A DNA stretch of 64,000 nucleotides from Mycobacteriales bacterium. Its GTDB lineage: Bacteria > Actinomycetota > Actinomycetes > Mycobacteriales > QHCE01. This document shows, piece by piece, positions 43,789 through 55,518 of this stretch; the stretch's first letter is position 1, and the number at the start of each line of letters is the position of its first letter. The notes beneath the pieces are model-generated. The model did no database searches, had not been told where the DNA came from, and saw only the letters and a program-made list of their open reading frames with translations. The stretch is taken from NCBI GenBank assembly GCA_041743105.1, contig JBGTNI010000015.1:5667-69666 (forward strand). The letters run 5' to 3'. The position numbers and the translations under genes were made by a program.

Positions 43789-44598
43789 TTAGGATTCTCC
43801 GCCGGCCATCAGCGGATCGTAGTCGGCATTGGCCGCCACCAACGCATCGTGCAACTGACCGTGGACCGCCTTACCTGCGGCCAACGTCATCGTCGGACCG
43901 AAGGAGCCCCCCAGCAGGCCGCTAACCCGACCACCCGCCTCGGTCACCATCAGGATTCCCGCTGCGGCATCCCAGCGCTGAGCGCCCTGCTCGTAATAAC
44001 CATCGAGGCGCCCCTCTGCTACGAAGCACAGATCCAGCGCGCAGGCACCGGCGCGCCGAATGTCGCGTACCTGCGGCAGCAACGCCGCGACTACAACACC
44101 CTGGCGCGCGCGGCGACGTGCGTCATAGCTGAATCCGGTGGCAACCAACGCTTGCTCCAAGCCGGCGGGTGTAGAACACACCAAGCGGCGCCCATCGCGC
44201 CACGCGCCCTCACCGACCACTGCGTGCCATTGTTCGCCGGTGGCCGGATTTCGCACTACTCCCACCACCGGCTCACCGTCTCGCTCCACTGCGATCGAGA
44301 TGGCGTAATGCGGGTGCCCGTATAGGTAGTTGACGGTACCGTCGATGGGATCGATCACCCACCGTAGTCCGTTGCGGGAGGGCCGCCGACCACCCTCCTC
44401 CCCGAGCACGCCATCGTCGGGGCGTTCGGCAACGATCGCGTCTACGATGAGCCGTTCGGCTGCCCGGTCGACTGCGGTCACCACATCGGTGGGAGTAGAT
44501 TTCGTACCGACCTCGGCACGGGCCTGCTGCCAGGCGGCTTGGGTGAGTTCGCCTGCCTGATAGGCAAGTCGGCTTGCCAGCGATAACAACTCGCGCAT
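43789..44598 (-). CDS. inositol monophosphatase family protein (SuhB/ImpA-like)
   Basis: 269 aa. IMPase motifs GEEGG, WVIDPIDGTVNY, and a WDAAAG-type C-terminal motif. Confidence 0.9.
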   Translation of the reverse strand: MRELLSLASRLAYQAGELTQAAWQQARAEVGTKSTPTDVVTAVDRAAERLIVDAIVAERPDDGVLGEEGGRRPSRNGLRWVIDPIDGTVNYLYGHPHYAISIAVERDGEPVVGVVRNPATGEQWHAVVGEGAWRDGRRLVCSTPAGLEQALVATGFSYDARRRARQGVVVAALLPQVRDIRRAGACALDLCFVAEGRLDGYYEQGAQRWDAAAGILMVTEAGGRVSGLLGGSFGPTMTLAAGKAVHGQLHDALVAANADYDPLMAGGES

Positions 44599-44861
44599 AA
44601 TTCCCGTCTTAACGGTTGACTTTCAGCGCTCTACTAGGTCCGTGGGGCGCGACAGCAAAAATCACGGCGGTACAATTACGTCATAGACCGTAACAAGCCT
44701 GGCGAGCACCGCCTCATGCCATGCGCGACAGGTGCAGCGAGGTCGCCGGTAGCAACGAGCGACGCAGTTGGTGACATACCTACGACGCCGCAGGGTGCTG
44801 CCAGTTCCGCTTGCTTGTCGGTCGTATCCATAATCGCGCCACTTATTGGAGAAGGTCGTTC

Positions 44862-46331
<1,470 letters not shown>

Positions 46332-46731
46332 CGGCACTTGGTCGTAGGCTGGCGCGAGGTAGCGCGTTAGACCCATAGAGGCGGCGCGACCAGTGCTCGT
46401 TCCGGGTGCGGGGCCTGCGGCACCATCGGAAACGATGACTGTGCAAACTGGACAAAACCCTCATACTTATAGGCAGCGCTGTATCGGACGGCCCGGTGTT
46501 TTTGGTCCGGAATCTGCGATCTATCGCGATATTTTGACTACACCAATACCCAAACCGCTGTCGCGGTGGCAGGCTAGTAGGTAGAAAGCAGCGGCAGAAA
46601 GTTCCCGGAAAGTGTCACGTACGCCACACCAGGGAACGATGTCGTAGTAACGACAGTTGCAGAGTGTGGGACGCTACGCTGGTGACAACAACGCGGCAAG
46701 CCCATCTAGTACGCGACAGGAGGAGCAGGAG

Positions 46732-46929
46732 ATGACCCCGACCCTCACCCCGCCCGCCGAGAGCACACTGCCGTCGGCCGGCGACCGCTGCGACAGGTGT
46801 GGCGCCGCCGCTCAGGTGCGCGCTGTGCTACCCGGTGGAGGTGACTTGGTATTTTGCGGGCACCACGCCCATAAATATGCCGACAACCTTGAAAAAGTGG
46901 CCATTTCCATCAAATGGCCAGAAGACTGA
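46732..46929 (+). CDS. small conserved Cys/His (zinc-ribbon-like) protein
   Basis: 65 aa from the ATG at 46732 with a GGAGGAGCAGGAG SD. CDRCGAAAQVR...FCGHHAHKY. Confidence 0.5.
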   Translation: MTPTLTPPAESTLPSAGDRCDRCGAAAQVRAVLPGGGDLVFCGHHAHKYADNLEKVAISIKWPED

Positions 46930-47045
46930 GAAATACTCAGCCGATTGAGCTTCTACCGACAGCCTCTCGCCTGCTCAGGTAGCCGTCGAGTGCTCCAGCG
47001 TATGCGCTGGGGCACGCGACGTTGCACAGGAAATCGCGGCCACTC

Positions 47046-47561
47046 TCAATCCGCAAGGAACGATTCAGGACGTGAAACCTCGGAGCTGTCCCCCAAGTCA
47101 GAAGCGGGGAGGTCCGCAACGGCACGCATCCGGTCATGACCAAGCTCCACACTGGACAGTGTTCGGCGCAGCAGCTGCTCTACGTTGGCCAGGGATGTCT
47201 CACACAGCTGGTTGGTCTCTTCTCGCAGTTGGGCGCTCGTAGATTCAGCCTCGGCAATGAGTCTGGACGCCTCCCGCTCCGCACCTAATGCTATCTCGTT
47301 CGTCGAAATCAGCCGTGTCCGCTCCAATTCGGCATCGGAGATTACTCGATCTACCTCCTGCTGGCCGACGGCGATCACCTCGTCCCGGTGCTGCAGAATC
47401 TCACGGGCGGCGTCCAGTTCGCTGGGTAAATCCCCTCGCAGCGTTGCCAAGGCTCGTAACAATGCTTCCCGATTGATCACGCAGTTGGCGGACATGGGGA
47501 CCGACCGTGCCGACTCCACCATCTCCACGATGCTGTCTACATGGACTAGAGGATCCACCAA
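47046..47561 (-). CDS. DivIVA-like coiled-coil protein (resembles mycobacterial SepIVA/Rv2927c family, from memory)
   Basis: 171 aa. N-terminal IVEMVESARSVPMSANCVINREALLRALATLRGDLPSELDAAREIL followed by a coiled coil. Confidence 0.5.
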   Translation of the reverse strand: MVDPLVHVDSIVEMVESARSVPMSANCVINREALLRALATLRGDLPSELDAAREILQHRDEVIAVGQQEVDRVISDAELERTRLISTNEIALGAEREASRLIAEAESTSAQLREETNQLCETSLANVEQLLRRTLSSVELGHDRMRAVADLPASDLGDSSEVSRPESFLAD

Positions 47562-47674
47562 AAACTCCGTTCCGATGCGGTAGCCACAACCGTTACAACG
47601 TTTCCCGGCTAACGTCGTACAGCCCGTCAGGATAGGACGTATCCAGGAAAACGCCCTATCACTCGGCAGCGAGA

Positions 47675-48157
47675 CTACGGCGACGCGGCGATCCTGGCCA
47701 GCAACGCTGTTCGCACCGGCTCCGGAACGTGCGCCGACACGTCGCCACCATAGCGCGTAACTTCCTTCACCAGACTAGAAGATAGAAACGAATACAGCGG
47801 ATTAGTGGCCATGAACACGGTTTCGGTCGGGCCGAGTTCGCGGTTCATTTGAGCCATCTGCAGCTCATAGTCGAAGTCACTCACCGCCCGCAGGCCTTTC
47901 ACGATCACGGAGATGTCGTGCTGCCGACAGTAGTCGACTAGCAGGCCGCGAAAAGAGTCCACTTGTACGTTGGGGAACTCCGCGGTCACACTGCGTAACA
48001 GCTCCTGCCGTTCGTCCACGCTGAACAAGCCATCTTTGTGGTCGTTAATCAACACACCGACAACAACCTCGTCATACAGTGCACAGGCCCGGCCGATAAT
48101 ATCCAGATGGCCATTGGTGACCGGATCGAACGAACCGGGGCAGATCGCTCGTTTCAT
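47675..48157 (-). CDS. coaD: phosphopantetheine adenylyltransferase
   Basis: From the ATG at 48157: MKRAICPGSFDPVTNGHLDII... The ORF extends to a GTG at 48175. Confidence 0.93.
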   Translation of the reverse strand: MKRAICPGSFDPVTNGHLDIIGRACALYDEVVVGVLINDHKDGLFSVDERQELLRSVTAEFPNVQVDSFRGLLVDYCRQHDISVIVKGLRAVSDFDYELQMAQMNRELGPTETVFMATNPLYSFLSSSLVKEVTRYGGDVSAHVPEPVRTALLARIAASP

Positions 48158-48159
48158 GG

Positions 48160-48708
48160 TCAACGCCCGTACCACAGCGTTGCGTCACCGTATTGGCGTG
48201 ACTGCACCGGCCGCCACGGCAGCGGCCAGACCCACGGCTTGTCGCGACTGGAACGTTCCACCACGACCACGGCGTCGTCGGCAAGCCAGCCCTGCCGCCG
48301 CATGTGTACCAACACGCTCTCCAACTCCGCCGCGGGCAGTTGATACGGCGGATCGGCGAACACAACGTTGTACGGCTCGTCGGCAGCGGTCGACGCCAGC
48401 TTCTCCACCGCGTGCCGCCGCAGCACCGCGCCGGGAAGCTCCACGGATTCGATGTTGCGCACGATCGCTTCAGTGGCCTTGGGATCGGACTCCACCAGTA
48501 ACGCGTGCGACGCACCGCGAGACAGCGCCTCCAAACCCACCGCACCCGAGCCCGCGTACAGGTCTAGTACCCGAGTGCCCTGCAGTTCCAGCATGCAGGC
48601 AAGCGAGGAGAACAGCGCTTCGCGCGCACGATCGGATGTCGGCCGCGTTGCGGTGTCGGCCACGACCAGACGACGGCCACCTGCGACACCAGCGATGATT
48701 CTGGTCAT
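48160..48708 (-). CDS. rsmD: 16S rRNA (guanine966-N2)-methyltransferase RsmD
   Basis: 182 aa. MTRIIAGVAGGRRL..., RPTSDRAREALFS, LDLYAGSGAVGLEALSRGA, FADPPY. Confidence 0.9.
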   Translation of the reverse strand: MTRIIAGVAGGRRLVVADTATRPTSDRAREALFSSLACMLELQGTRVLDLYAGSGAVGLEALSRGASHALLVESDPKATEAIVRNIESVELPGAVLRRHAVEKLASTAADEPYNVVFADPPYQLPAAELESVLVHMRRQGWLADDAVVVVERSSRDKPWVWPLPWRPVQSRQYGDATLWYGR

Positions 48709-48724
48709 GGTGTCGCGTACCCCA

Positions 48725-49198
48725 TTACAACTCTTTAACTAGCTGCAGCCGGCCCAGTAGGCCGTTGACGAAGTTCGGCGATTCATCGGTGGACAGCTCT
48801 CTAGCTAAAGACACCGCCTCATCGATTGCTACCGGATCGGGCACGTCGTCTCGCCACATCAGCTCATACACCGCAATGCGCAGAATGTTCCGGTCCACCG
48901 CGGCCATCCGAGACAGCACCCAACCCTCGGCGTAGGTGGATAGCAGCTCGTCGATGCGCGTGCACTGGGTGCAGATTCCCTCGATCAGTTCAGCGGTGTA
49001 GGAGGCAACCGGCGGCTCGTCGCGTTCCTGTCGGAACCGTACAACCTCGCGAGGATCGCAGTCGCGAATATCGGATTCATACATTATGTCGAGCGCACGC
49101 TTACGCGCCTTACGCCGAGCGGAGCCATGTTTCCACTTGGGAGACGGCTTCGGCTGTGTCGCTTCGCCGCTCATCGCCGCACGCCGAGACAAGTGCAC
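48725..49198 (-). CDS. nusB: transcription antitermination factor NusB
   Basis: 157 aa. RRKARKRALDIMYESDIR and IDEAVSLARELSTDESPNFVNGLLG. The start may be the internal M at 49174. Confidence 0.9.
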   Translation of the reverse strand: MHLSRRAAMSGEATQPKPSPKWKHGSARRKARKRALDIMYESDIRDCDPREVVRFRQERDEPPVASYTAELIEGICTQCTRIDELLSTYAEGWVLSRMAAVDRNILRIAVYELMWRDDVPDPVAIDEAVSLARELSTDESPNFVNGLLGRLQLVKEL

Positions 49199-49200
49199 AT

Positions 49201-49761
49201 CTAGCTGACCCGACCGAGGTAACGGCCATCTCGGGTATCGACCTTGATCTTCTCCCCCGCGTTGACGAATAGCGGCACCGCCACCGTCGCGCCCGTCTCC
49301 AGGGTTGCCGGCTTGGTGCCTCCGGTGGAACGGTCGCCTTGCAGACCCGGATCGCTCTCGGTAACGATCAGCTCGACACTGACGGGAAGCTCCACGTACA
49401 GTGGCGTCGCGTCGTGGAATGCGACCGTGGCTTCCGCGTTCTCCAACAGGTAACTCGCCGCGTCGCCCACCGTGGCTTCGGCAATCGGCGCCTGATCATA
49501 GGTGACCGAGTCCATGAAGACATAGTCAGTGCCGTCCCGGTAGAGGTAACTCATGGTCCGCTTGTCGACGTTCGCGGTCTCGACCTTGACGCCGGCGTTG
49601 AAAGTCTTGTCTACCACCTTGCCAGTGAGCACGTTCTTCAGCGTGGTGCGCACAAATGCACCGCCCTTTCCGGGCTTGACATGTTGGAATTCCACCACAT
49701 TCCACAACGCTCCCTCAATGTTGAGGGTCATTCCGTTCTTCAGATCATTCGTGGTCGCCAT
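49201..49761 (-). CDS. efp: elongation factor P
   Basis: From the ATG at 49761: [49 protein letters not shown]. The upstream part of the long ORF was discarded. Confidence 0.95.
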   Translation of the reverse strand: MATTNDLKNGMTLNIEGALWNVVEFQHVKPGKGGAFVRTTLKNVLTGKVVDKTFNAGVKVETANVDKRTMSYLYRDGTDYVFMDSVTYDQAPIAEATVGDAASYLLENAEATVAFHDATPLYVELPVSVELIVTESDPGLQGDRSTGGTKPATLETGATVAVPLFVNAGEKIKVDTRDGRYLGRVS

Positions 49762-49853
49762 GGTGCCCGAGTCTAGCCGGGAGGAGCGTTGCCTTTCGAT
49801 CACGCCTAGGATCCAGCACGTGTCCAACGCGGAGCGGTTCAAGGTAGGTTCCC

Positions 49854-50951
49854 ATGGCACGCTGTGATGTCGTCGTGATTGGTGCTGGCGCTATGGGAGC
49901 CGCCACGGCCTGGCATCTAGCTCGGCGAGGGCTTGATGTGGTCGTCTTTGAACAGTTCGAACAAGGGCACGAGCGGGGTAGCTCCCACGGAGCATCTCGC
50001 ATTTTCCGTCTTTCCCATGCGGAATCGGAATACATCGACATGGCGCGCCGGGCTCTCTCGTTGTGGCGGAAGTTGGAAGACGAGGCAAAAACTTCGCTGC
50101 TCAGCGTCGTTGGTGGCGTTCACCATGGAGCAACCAAGCCGCTGGCCGACATAACGGAAGCGCTCGCTGCGCACGGAATCCGTTCCGAGTTGCTGAGTCC
50201 CACGCAAGCATCCGAGCGATTCACCGGTATGCGCTTTGACGGACCTGTCTTGTTCCAACCCGATGAAGCCCGAATTAACGCTCAACAAACTGTCGACATA
50301 TTGATCGAACGTGCCACTGCTCTTGGCGCGGAATTCAACTTCAACCAACGCGTAGAAAGGATTAATCTCAACAGCGACAGGCCCCTAGTCCACACCGGTG
50401 AGGGCTCGCGCTCAGCCAAGGTCATCGTCGCGACATGTGGTGCCTGGGTAGCTCCGCTGATCGGTGGCCTGGTGACCCTGCCCAAGACAGAAGTCACTGA
50501 ACAGCAGCCGGCGCACTTTGCTCCAATTGACCCTCGTATGACATGGCCGGTCTTCGTCCACCGCTTTTCAACCAGCGGTCTCCCCGACGAGTTCGGCGGC
50601 TTCTATGGCATGTACACGCCCCATGAAGGCCTGAAAGTGGGAGAGCGCCGAGGCGGTCCGATTGTGGATCCAGATCTACGAGATCGAGCCGTGAATTCTG
50701 GAATGATGACAAAGCTGGCTGAATACGTCTCACAATGGTTGCCGGGGGCCGACCCAACCCCATTTGCGCCATCACCGTGTATGTACACGACTACCAAAAA
50801 TGAAGATTTCATCCTGGATCGACGAGGTCCTCTGGTGATCGGTTCCCCGTGCTCGGGTCACGGGTTCAAGTTCGTACCCGAAATCGGCCGCATCCTGGCC
50901 GACCTTGTGCAGGGTATCCCGACACCGTACCCACGATTCGCGCTTACGTAG
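49854..50951 (+). CDS. FAD-dependent oxidoreductase, monomeric sarcosine oxidase / N-methyltryptophan oxidase (SolA)-like
   Basis: 365 aa. N-terminal dinucleotide fold [24 protein letters not shown]-terminal [11 protein letters not shown] (Cys-FAD attachment context of the MSOX family). Confidence 0.8.
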   Translation: MARCDVVVIGAGAMGAATAWHLARRGLDVVVFEQFEQGHERGSSHGASRIFRLSHAESEYIDMARRALSLWRKLEDEAKTSLLSVVGGVHHGATKPLADITEALAAHGIRSELLSPTQASERFTGMRFDGPVLFQPDEARINAQQTVDILIERATALGAEFNFNQRVERINLNSDRPLVHTGEGSRSAKVIVATCGAWVAPLIGGLVTLPKTEVTEQQPAHFAPIDPRMTWPVFVHRFSTSGLPDEFGGFYGMYTPHEGLKVGERRGGPIVDPDLRDRAVNSGMMTKLAEYVSQWLPGADPTPFAPSPCMYTTTKNEDFILDRRGPLVIGSPCSGHGFKFVPEIGRILADLVQGIPTPYPRFALT

Positions 50952-51074
50952 CAGGGCGGATCCAAGTGACCAGTGCGGCCCTTCGCCATAGCTGAAAATA
51001 GGACTGAAAGGCAGTGGCGTCTCGAAGGTAAAATTCTCTGTCTAACAGGGAACGTGTCGGCGTTCTTCACACCT

Positions 51075-52274
51075 ATGATCCTCCACGTGCCTAATGCGGA
51101 CGTCATCGTTGTCGGGCTCGGAGCCATGGGTAGCGCGGTGAGTTACCAGCTTGCCCGAAGGGGCGCGCAGGTCATCGGCATCGATCGCTTCGCACCGCCA
51201 CATGCGTTCGGCTCGACGCACGGTCAGACTCGACTCACTCGGCAGGCAACCGGCGAAGGGATTGCCTCCGCCCAACTGGTGCTGCGCTCCCACGGCCTGT
51301 GGCGCGAGATCGAGCAGGAGACGGGCAACGAGTTGTTCGTCCAGTGCGGTGGGCTGATCCTCACCGCAGCCTCCAACAACGAAGGCACGCACGGCACGAA
51401 AAATTTTCACACGGCTACCGTCGATGTCGCCAGCGCGCTAGACATCGAGCATGAGGTGTTCGACGGGAACGAGGTTGACCACCGGTTCCCGCAGTTCCGG
51501 CTGGAAGAGGAGCATCGCTGTTACTACGAGCCCGGTGCCGGGTTCGTGTATCCCGAGGCGGCGGTTCGCAGCCAACTCGAGCTAGCATCGCGACACGGCG
51601 CGGTGCTGCGGTACGACGAGCGAGTACTGGAGGTGACCCCCAGCGAGCACGGGGTCGTGGTGCGGACCGATCAGGGAACCTACGGCGCCGCTCAGATAGT
51701 GCTCGCCGCGGGGGCCTGGCTTCCCGGTCTGTTGCCAACGCAACCGGATCTGCGGAAACTCTTCACCATCGTTCGGCAAGTGTTGTTGTGGTTCGACGTA
51801 GCGCATGAGCGCAATCGCACCGATTTCATCCCGGGAAGGTTCCCAGTTTGCATCTGGACGCACGGAGCGGGTGCCACGGATGTGTTCTACGGCTTCCCGC
51901 TCGCCGATACCTCAGACACCGCGATAAAAGTCGCCAGCGAGCAATACGCGGAATCTACTCGTGCCGACGAACTGAACCGCGAGGTGTCAGACTCCGAAGC
52001 ACAGGCCATGTTCGATACTCATGTTCGAGGCCGAATACCCGCACTCACATCCAAGGCCGGCAGACGTGCCGCGTGCATGTACACGGTCACTCCTGACTAC
52101 GGTTTCGTGATCGACCGACATCCGAACCACGAGAATGTGGTGCTGCTTTCAGCCTGCTCAGGACACGGTTTCAAAGCCTCCGCGGCCATAGGTGAAGCAG
52201 TCGCACAACTCGTGCTGGACGGCTTTAGCCGCCTGGACCTCTCGCCCTTCTCTCTGGGGCGGTTCGCAGCATAG
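51075..52274 (+). CDS. FAD-dependent oxidoreductase, SolA/MSOX-like (tandem paralog)
   Basis: From the ATG at 51075: MILHVPNADVIVVGLGAMGSAVSYQLARRG...LSACSGHGFKA. Confidence 0.8.
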   Translation: MILHVPNADVIVVGLGAMGSAVSYQLARRGAQVIGIDRFAPPHAFGSTHGQTRLTRQATGEGIASAQLVLRSHGLWREIEQETGNELFVQCGGLILTAASNNEGTHGTKNFHTATVDVASALDIEHEVFDGNEVDHRFPQFRLEEEHRCYYEPGAGFVYPEAAVRSQLELASRHGAVLRYDERVLEVTPSEHGVVVRTDQGTYGAAQIVLAAGAWLPGLLPTQPDLRKLFTIVRQVLLWFDVAHERNRTDFIPGRFPVCIWTHGAGATDVFYGFPLADTSDTAIKVASEQYAESTRADELNREVSDSEAQAMFDTHVRGRIPALTSKAGRRAACMYTVTPDYGFVIDRHPNHENVVLLSACSGHGFKASAAIGEAVAQLVLDGFSRLDLSPFSLGRFAA

Positions 52275-52289
52275 GCCGGGGACTTGTAC

Positions 52290-52517
52290 TTAGCGACGGT
52301 AGATGTGCGCCCAGTACCCGATCCGCACCACGGTGATACGGTCATCGTCCACCGAGAAGACGATGCGGTAAGAGCCACGACGCGCCGACTGATAGCCGAT
52401 ATGTCACGACGATTCTTTGCGTAGGTATTTCTCCGCCAGCTGCTGCGCTGTGAAAACCCGACCGGTACGTGCGTCTTCCTTTGCCTGCTCAAGCTCGGCA
52501 AGGGATCGGCACCGCAC
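52290..52517 (-). pseudogene. decayed ParD/ParE(RelE)-like toxin-antitoxin remnant
   Basis: One minus-strand frame reads V-RCRSLAELEQAKEDARTGRVFTAQQLAEKYLRKESS-stop(TGA)-HIGYQSARRGSYRIVFSVDDDRITVVRIGYWAHIYRR-stop. This is an antitoxin-type C-terminus fused in frame to only the last ~37 codons of a RelE/ParE-type toxin. Confidence 0.45.
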
Positions 52518-52581
52518 CGAGCGTGACGGGAGGGCACTTCCCAAACGGGCCGTGTTGTCATGCCCGTGGCAGCTACGCTAC

Positions 52582-53367
52582 TCAGCTCGCCGGCGCGGCT
52601 TTAGCGTCCGACAAGGCTTGGGCTACCACCTGCGGCAACACCGTGGCGATCGGTTCACTCAGCCGCACTGTGGCTTGGTCGTCATACGGCGTTGCTTCGG
52701 TGTTGACGATGGCGAGCTTTGCTCCGGCCTGCACCGCCGTAGTCACCAATTCGGCCACCGGCTGCACCGTCAGCGAGGTGCCGATCGCGATAAACAGATC
52801 GCAGTCGGTGGCAGCGCGCTCGGCGGACGCCAGCACGGCTGGGTCTAGCGGCTGGCCGAACGAGATCGTTCCGGCCTTGAGGATTCCTCCGCAGCGTAGG
52901 CACGCCGGGTCTTCCTCACCCGCGGCCACTCGCTCCAACGTGTCCGACATCGCGGTGCGAGCGCCGCATGAAACGCACTCCACGTCGTACAGCGAGCCGT
53001 GCACCTCGATGACTAGTTCTTCGCTGTTGCCGGCCATCTGGTGCAGTCCGTCGATGTTCTGCGTAATGAGCGCGCGCAGCTTGCCCGCGGCTTCCAGCTC
53101 GACCAGAGCATAGTGAGCCTGGTTGGGCCGGGCACTCCACGCGGCGTGCTCCCGGCGGATACGCCACGCCGCTCGGCGCACCCATGGGTCGGTCAAGTAA
53201 TCGCGCATTGTAAACAACCGCTGGGCCGCAGGATCGAGCGTCCACATCCCATTGGGCCCTCGAAAATCCGGAACGCCACTGTCCGTACTGATGCCGGCAC
53301 CGGTCAGCACAGTAACCCTTTGAGCCGCGGCGAGCAACGTCGCTAAATTCTTCACGAGGATCATCAT
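52582..53367 (-). CDS. cobB: NAD-dependent protein deacylase, Sir2 family (CobB-like)
   Basis: 261 aa. GAGISTDSGVPDFRGPNGMW, QNIDGLH, zinc ribbon CVSCG...CLRCGG, IGTSLTV. Confidence 0.9.
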   Translation of the reverse strand: MMILVKNLATLLAAAQRVTVLTGAGISTDSGVPDFRGPNGMWTLDPAAQRLFTMRDYLTDPWVRRAAWRIRREHAAWSARPNQAHYALVELEAAGKLRALITQNIDGLHQMAGNSEELVIEVHGSLYDVECVSCGARTAMSDTLERVAAGEEDPACLRCGGILKAGTISFGQPLDPAVLASAERAATDCDLFIAIGTSLTVQPVAELVTTAVQAGAKLAIVNTEATPYDDQATVRLSEPIATVLPQVVAQALSDAKAAPAS

Positions 53368-53391
53368 AGGCGCCGGCTATGACGCTGGATG

Positions 53392-55320
53392 CTAGAGCCG
53401 GGATGACGCCGGTTTCGGGCGTGGATCGATGCGCTGCTCGACGAAGATGGCGTGCCAGACGCAGAACACCAGCACGGTCCAGATCTTTCGACTGTGGTCG
53501 GCTTCACCGCGGCGATGCGCCTCCAGCAGCGACAGCACGTATTGCAGATCCAGCAGCTCCCCCGCGCCGGACTCCTTCAGAATGTCACGCGCCCACGGAT
53601 ACATCACGTCAACTAGCCACACCCGAGTAGGCACCGGGAAGCCCAGCTTGGGACGGTTCACGATCTGCGGCGGTACTACCTCTTCCAGCGCACGGCGAAG
53701 CGCGTACTTTGTAACGCCTTTATGCACCTTGAGCTCAGGCGGAATGATGCGCGCCACGTCGAACACGCCAGTGTCGAGGAACGGCACCCGAAGCTCCAGC
53801 GAGTGGGCCATAGACATGCGGTCGGCCTTGACCAAAATGTCGCCGCGCAGCCACGTGAACAGGTCCACATATTGCATTTGCGTAATGGCGTCAGCCCCGG
53901 CGACCGCCGCGTAATGCGGCGCGGTGACGTCGGTGTAGCGCACCGACGCGTCGTAGTTTCGCAACAGCGCAGCCTTGTCGGCTTCGGTAAAGATACGGGC
54001 GTTACCGTAATACCGCTCCCGAAGCGGCGTGGTGCCGCGTTCGAGGAAGCTCTTGCCCCTCACCCCTTCGGGTATCACAGCCGAAACCGCGCGCAAGCCC
54101 CGCTGTATCGGCCGAGGAAGCCCGCTCACCGCACGCAGCGCCGACGGTTCCCGATAGATGCCGTAACCGCCGAAGAACTCGTCGGCGCCCTCTCCGGAGA
54201 GCACCACGGTGACGTGCTCGGCGGCCTTCTTCGCCACGAAATACAGCGGCACCAGCGCCGGATCGGCTACTGGATCGTCAAGATGCCAGATGATGCGTGG
54301 CAGCGCGTCCATCATGTCGTTAGCGCTGATCAACGTAGGGATGGTAGTGACGTCAAGCCAGTTCGCCGAGGTCTGGGCAACGGTGACCTCGGAGTAACCG
54401 TCCACCTCGTAGCCAACGGTGAAGGTCAAGATGTCGGGCTTACGACGCCGGGCCAGCGCGACAATGGCGGTGGAGTCGATGCCACTGGATAGGAACGCGC
54501 CCACCGGCACCTCCGCTTGCAGGTGCAGCTCGACTGACTCCTCAAGCGCCTTCCGGATGCGCCGATACAACGCCTCCGGATCGTCGGTGGTGGCAGGCGC
54601 GAAATCGGGGCGAAAATAACGCTGCCGCCGCAACGGCTCGCTAGTTGCCTGCGGCCGATAGGTGAATGATTCGCCGCATTCGATGCGGCCGATACCGGTG
54701 TGCAGCGTGCCTGGCTCTGGAACGTACTGCAGCGTGAGGTAGTGGGATAGGCTTGTCGTGTCGATCCCGGCGTCGCCAACGTTCGCCGAGGCAGCGAACG
54801 GCAGCAGTGACTTCTTCTCACTCGCCAGATACAGCCCATCGTCGGTGAGCAGGTAGTGCAGCGGCTTGATCCCGAATTGGTCCCGGGCACCGAACGCGAG
54901 GCGTTCCTGACGGTCCCACAGCACGAAAGCGAACATGCCGCGCAGCCGCCGCACGCAGTCGGCTCCCCAGTGGTGGTAGGCGGCGGCGATGACTTCGGTG
55001 TCGCCGTTGGTGTCGAAGTGTGCACCGTGGGAGGAGATGAGCTCCTGCCGCAGCTGTAGGTAGTTGTAGATCTCGCCGTTGAAGGCGATGGTGTACCGCC
55101 CGTCGGCGTAGCTCAGCGGCTGATGAGAGTGCTCCACGTCGATGATCGACAGCCGCTTGAACCCCAACACCACGTCATCGCCGGAGACATCGTCATGGGA
55201 AACGTAGATACCGGTCTCGTCAGGCCCACGGTGGTGAATGGATTCCAGCGCCCGCTCGATCGAGTTGGCGTGCGCCTTCGCCCGGCCGTGAGCACTGATG
55301 AAAGCGAGGAGTCCACACAT
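53392..55320 (-). CDS. asnB: asparagine synthase (glutamine-hydrolysing)
   Basis: From the ATG at 55320: MCGLLAFIS (Ntn catalytic Cys2), HRGPDETG, SGIDSTAIVAL PP-loop motif. Confidence 0.9.
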   Translation of the reverse strand: MCGLLAFISAHGRAKAHANSIERALESIHHRGPDETGIYVSHDDVSGDDVVLGFKRLSIIDVEHSHQPLSYADGRYTIAFNGEIYNYLQLRQELISSHGAHFDTNGDTEVIAAAYHHWGADCVRRLRGMFAFVLWDRQERLAFGARDQFGIKPLHYLLTDDGLYLASEKKSLLPFAASANVGDAGIDTTSLSHYLTLQYVPEPGTLHTGIGRIECGESFTYRPQATSEPLRRQRYFRPDFAPATTDDPEALYRRIRKALEESVELHLQAEVPVGAFLSSGIDSTAIVALARRRKPDILTFTVGYEVDGYSEVTVAQTSANWLDVTTIPTLISANDMMDALPRIIWHLDDPVADPALVPLYFVAKKAAEHVTVVLSGEGADEFFGGYGIYREPSALRAVSGLPRPIQRGLRAVSAVIPEGVRGKSFLERGTTPLRERYYGNARIFTEADKAALLRNYDASVRYTDVTAPHYAAVAGADAITQMQYVDLFTWLRGDILVKADRMSMAHSLELRVPFLDTGVFDVARIIPPELKVHKGVTKYALRRALEEVVPPQIVNRPKLGFPVPTRVWLVDVMYPWARDILKESGAGELLDLQYVLSLLEAHRRGEADHSRKIWTVLVFCVWHAIFVEQRIDPRPKPASSRL

Positions 55321-55518
55321 GGCCGCCATCTTGTCATTGCGGGGCCGGCACGCGGTAACCAGCACCGGCCGTCCCGACAATCAAGTCGGCATGCCCACCA
55401 CTCCCCGAGGCGCCTCGTCCACAGCGGCCCCGCCATCCACAACGTGGCTACCACGCCATGGCACCAAGCGCATAGTCGAGAGTTGCCATATCGGAAAGGG
55501 AGAGTTATTGTTGCCGCC

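Noticed and set aside
46332-46731. 400-bp lower-G+C spacer after sigA, examined for an sRNA, tRNA or riboswitch
   Set aside because: I recognised no tRNA-like arms, no conserved riboswitch core and no strong terminator. There is only a short ATCGCGAT palindrome, which is insufficient evidence for a feature.
52582-53367. The Sir2-domain protein as a possible Thoeris/DSR-type defence component
   Set aside because: It is a compact 261-aa canonical sirtuin with the GAGIS..G.PDFRG NAD pocket and the CxxC...CxxC zinc ribbon. It has no fused sensor or effector domain and no partner gene, which fits a CobB-type protein deacylase.
55123-55518. N-terminal 132 codons of the 285-aa ORF 55123-55980
   Set aside because: This part is antisense to the asnB 5' region. 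The hydrophobic membrane protein begins plausibly at the ATG at 55519.
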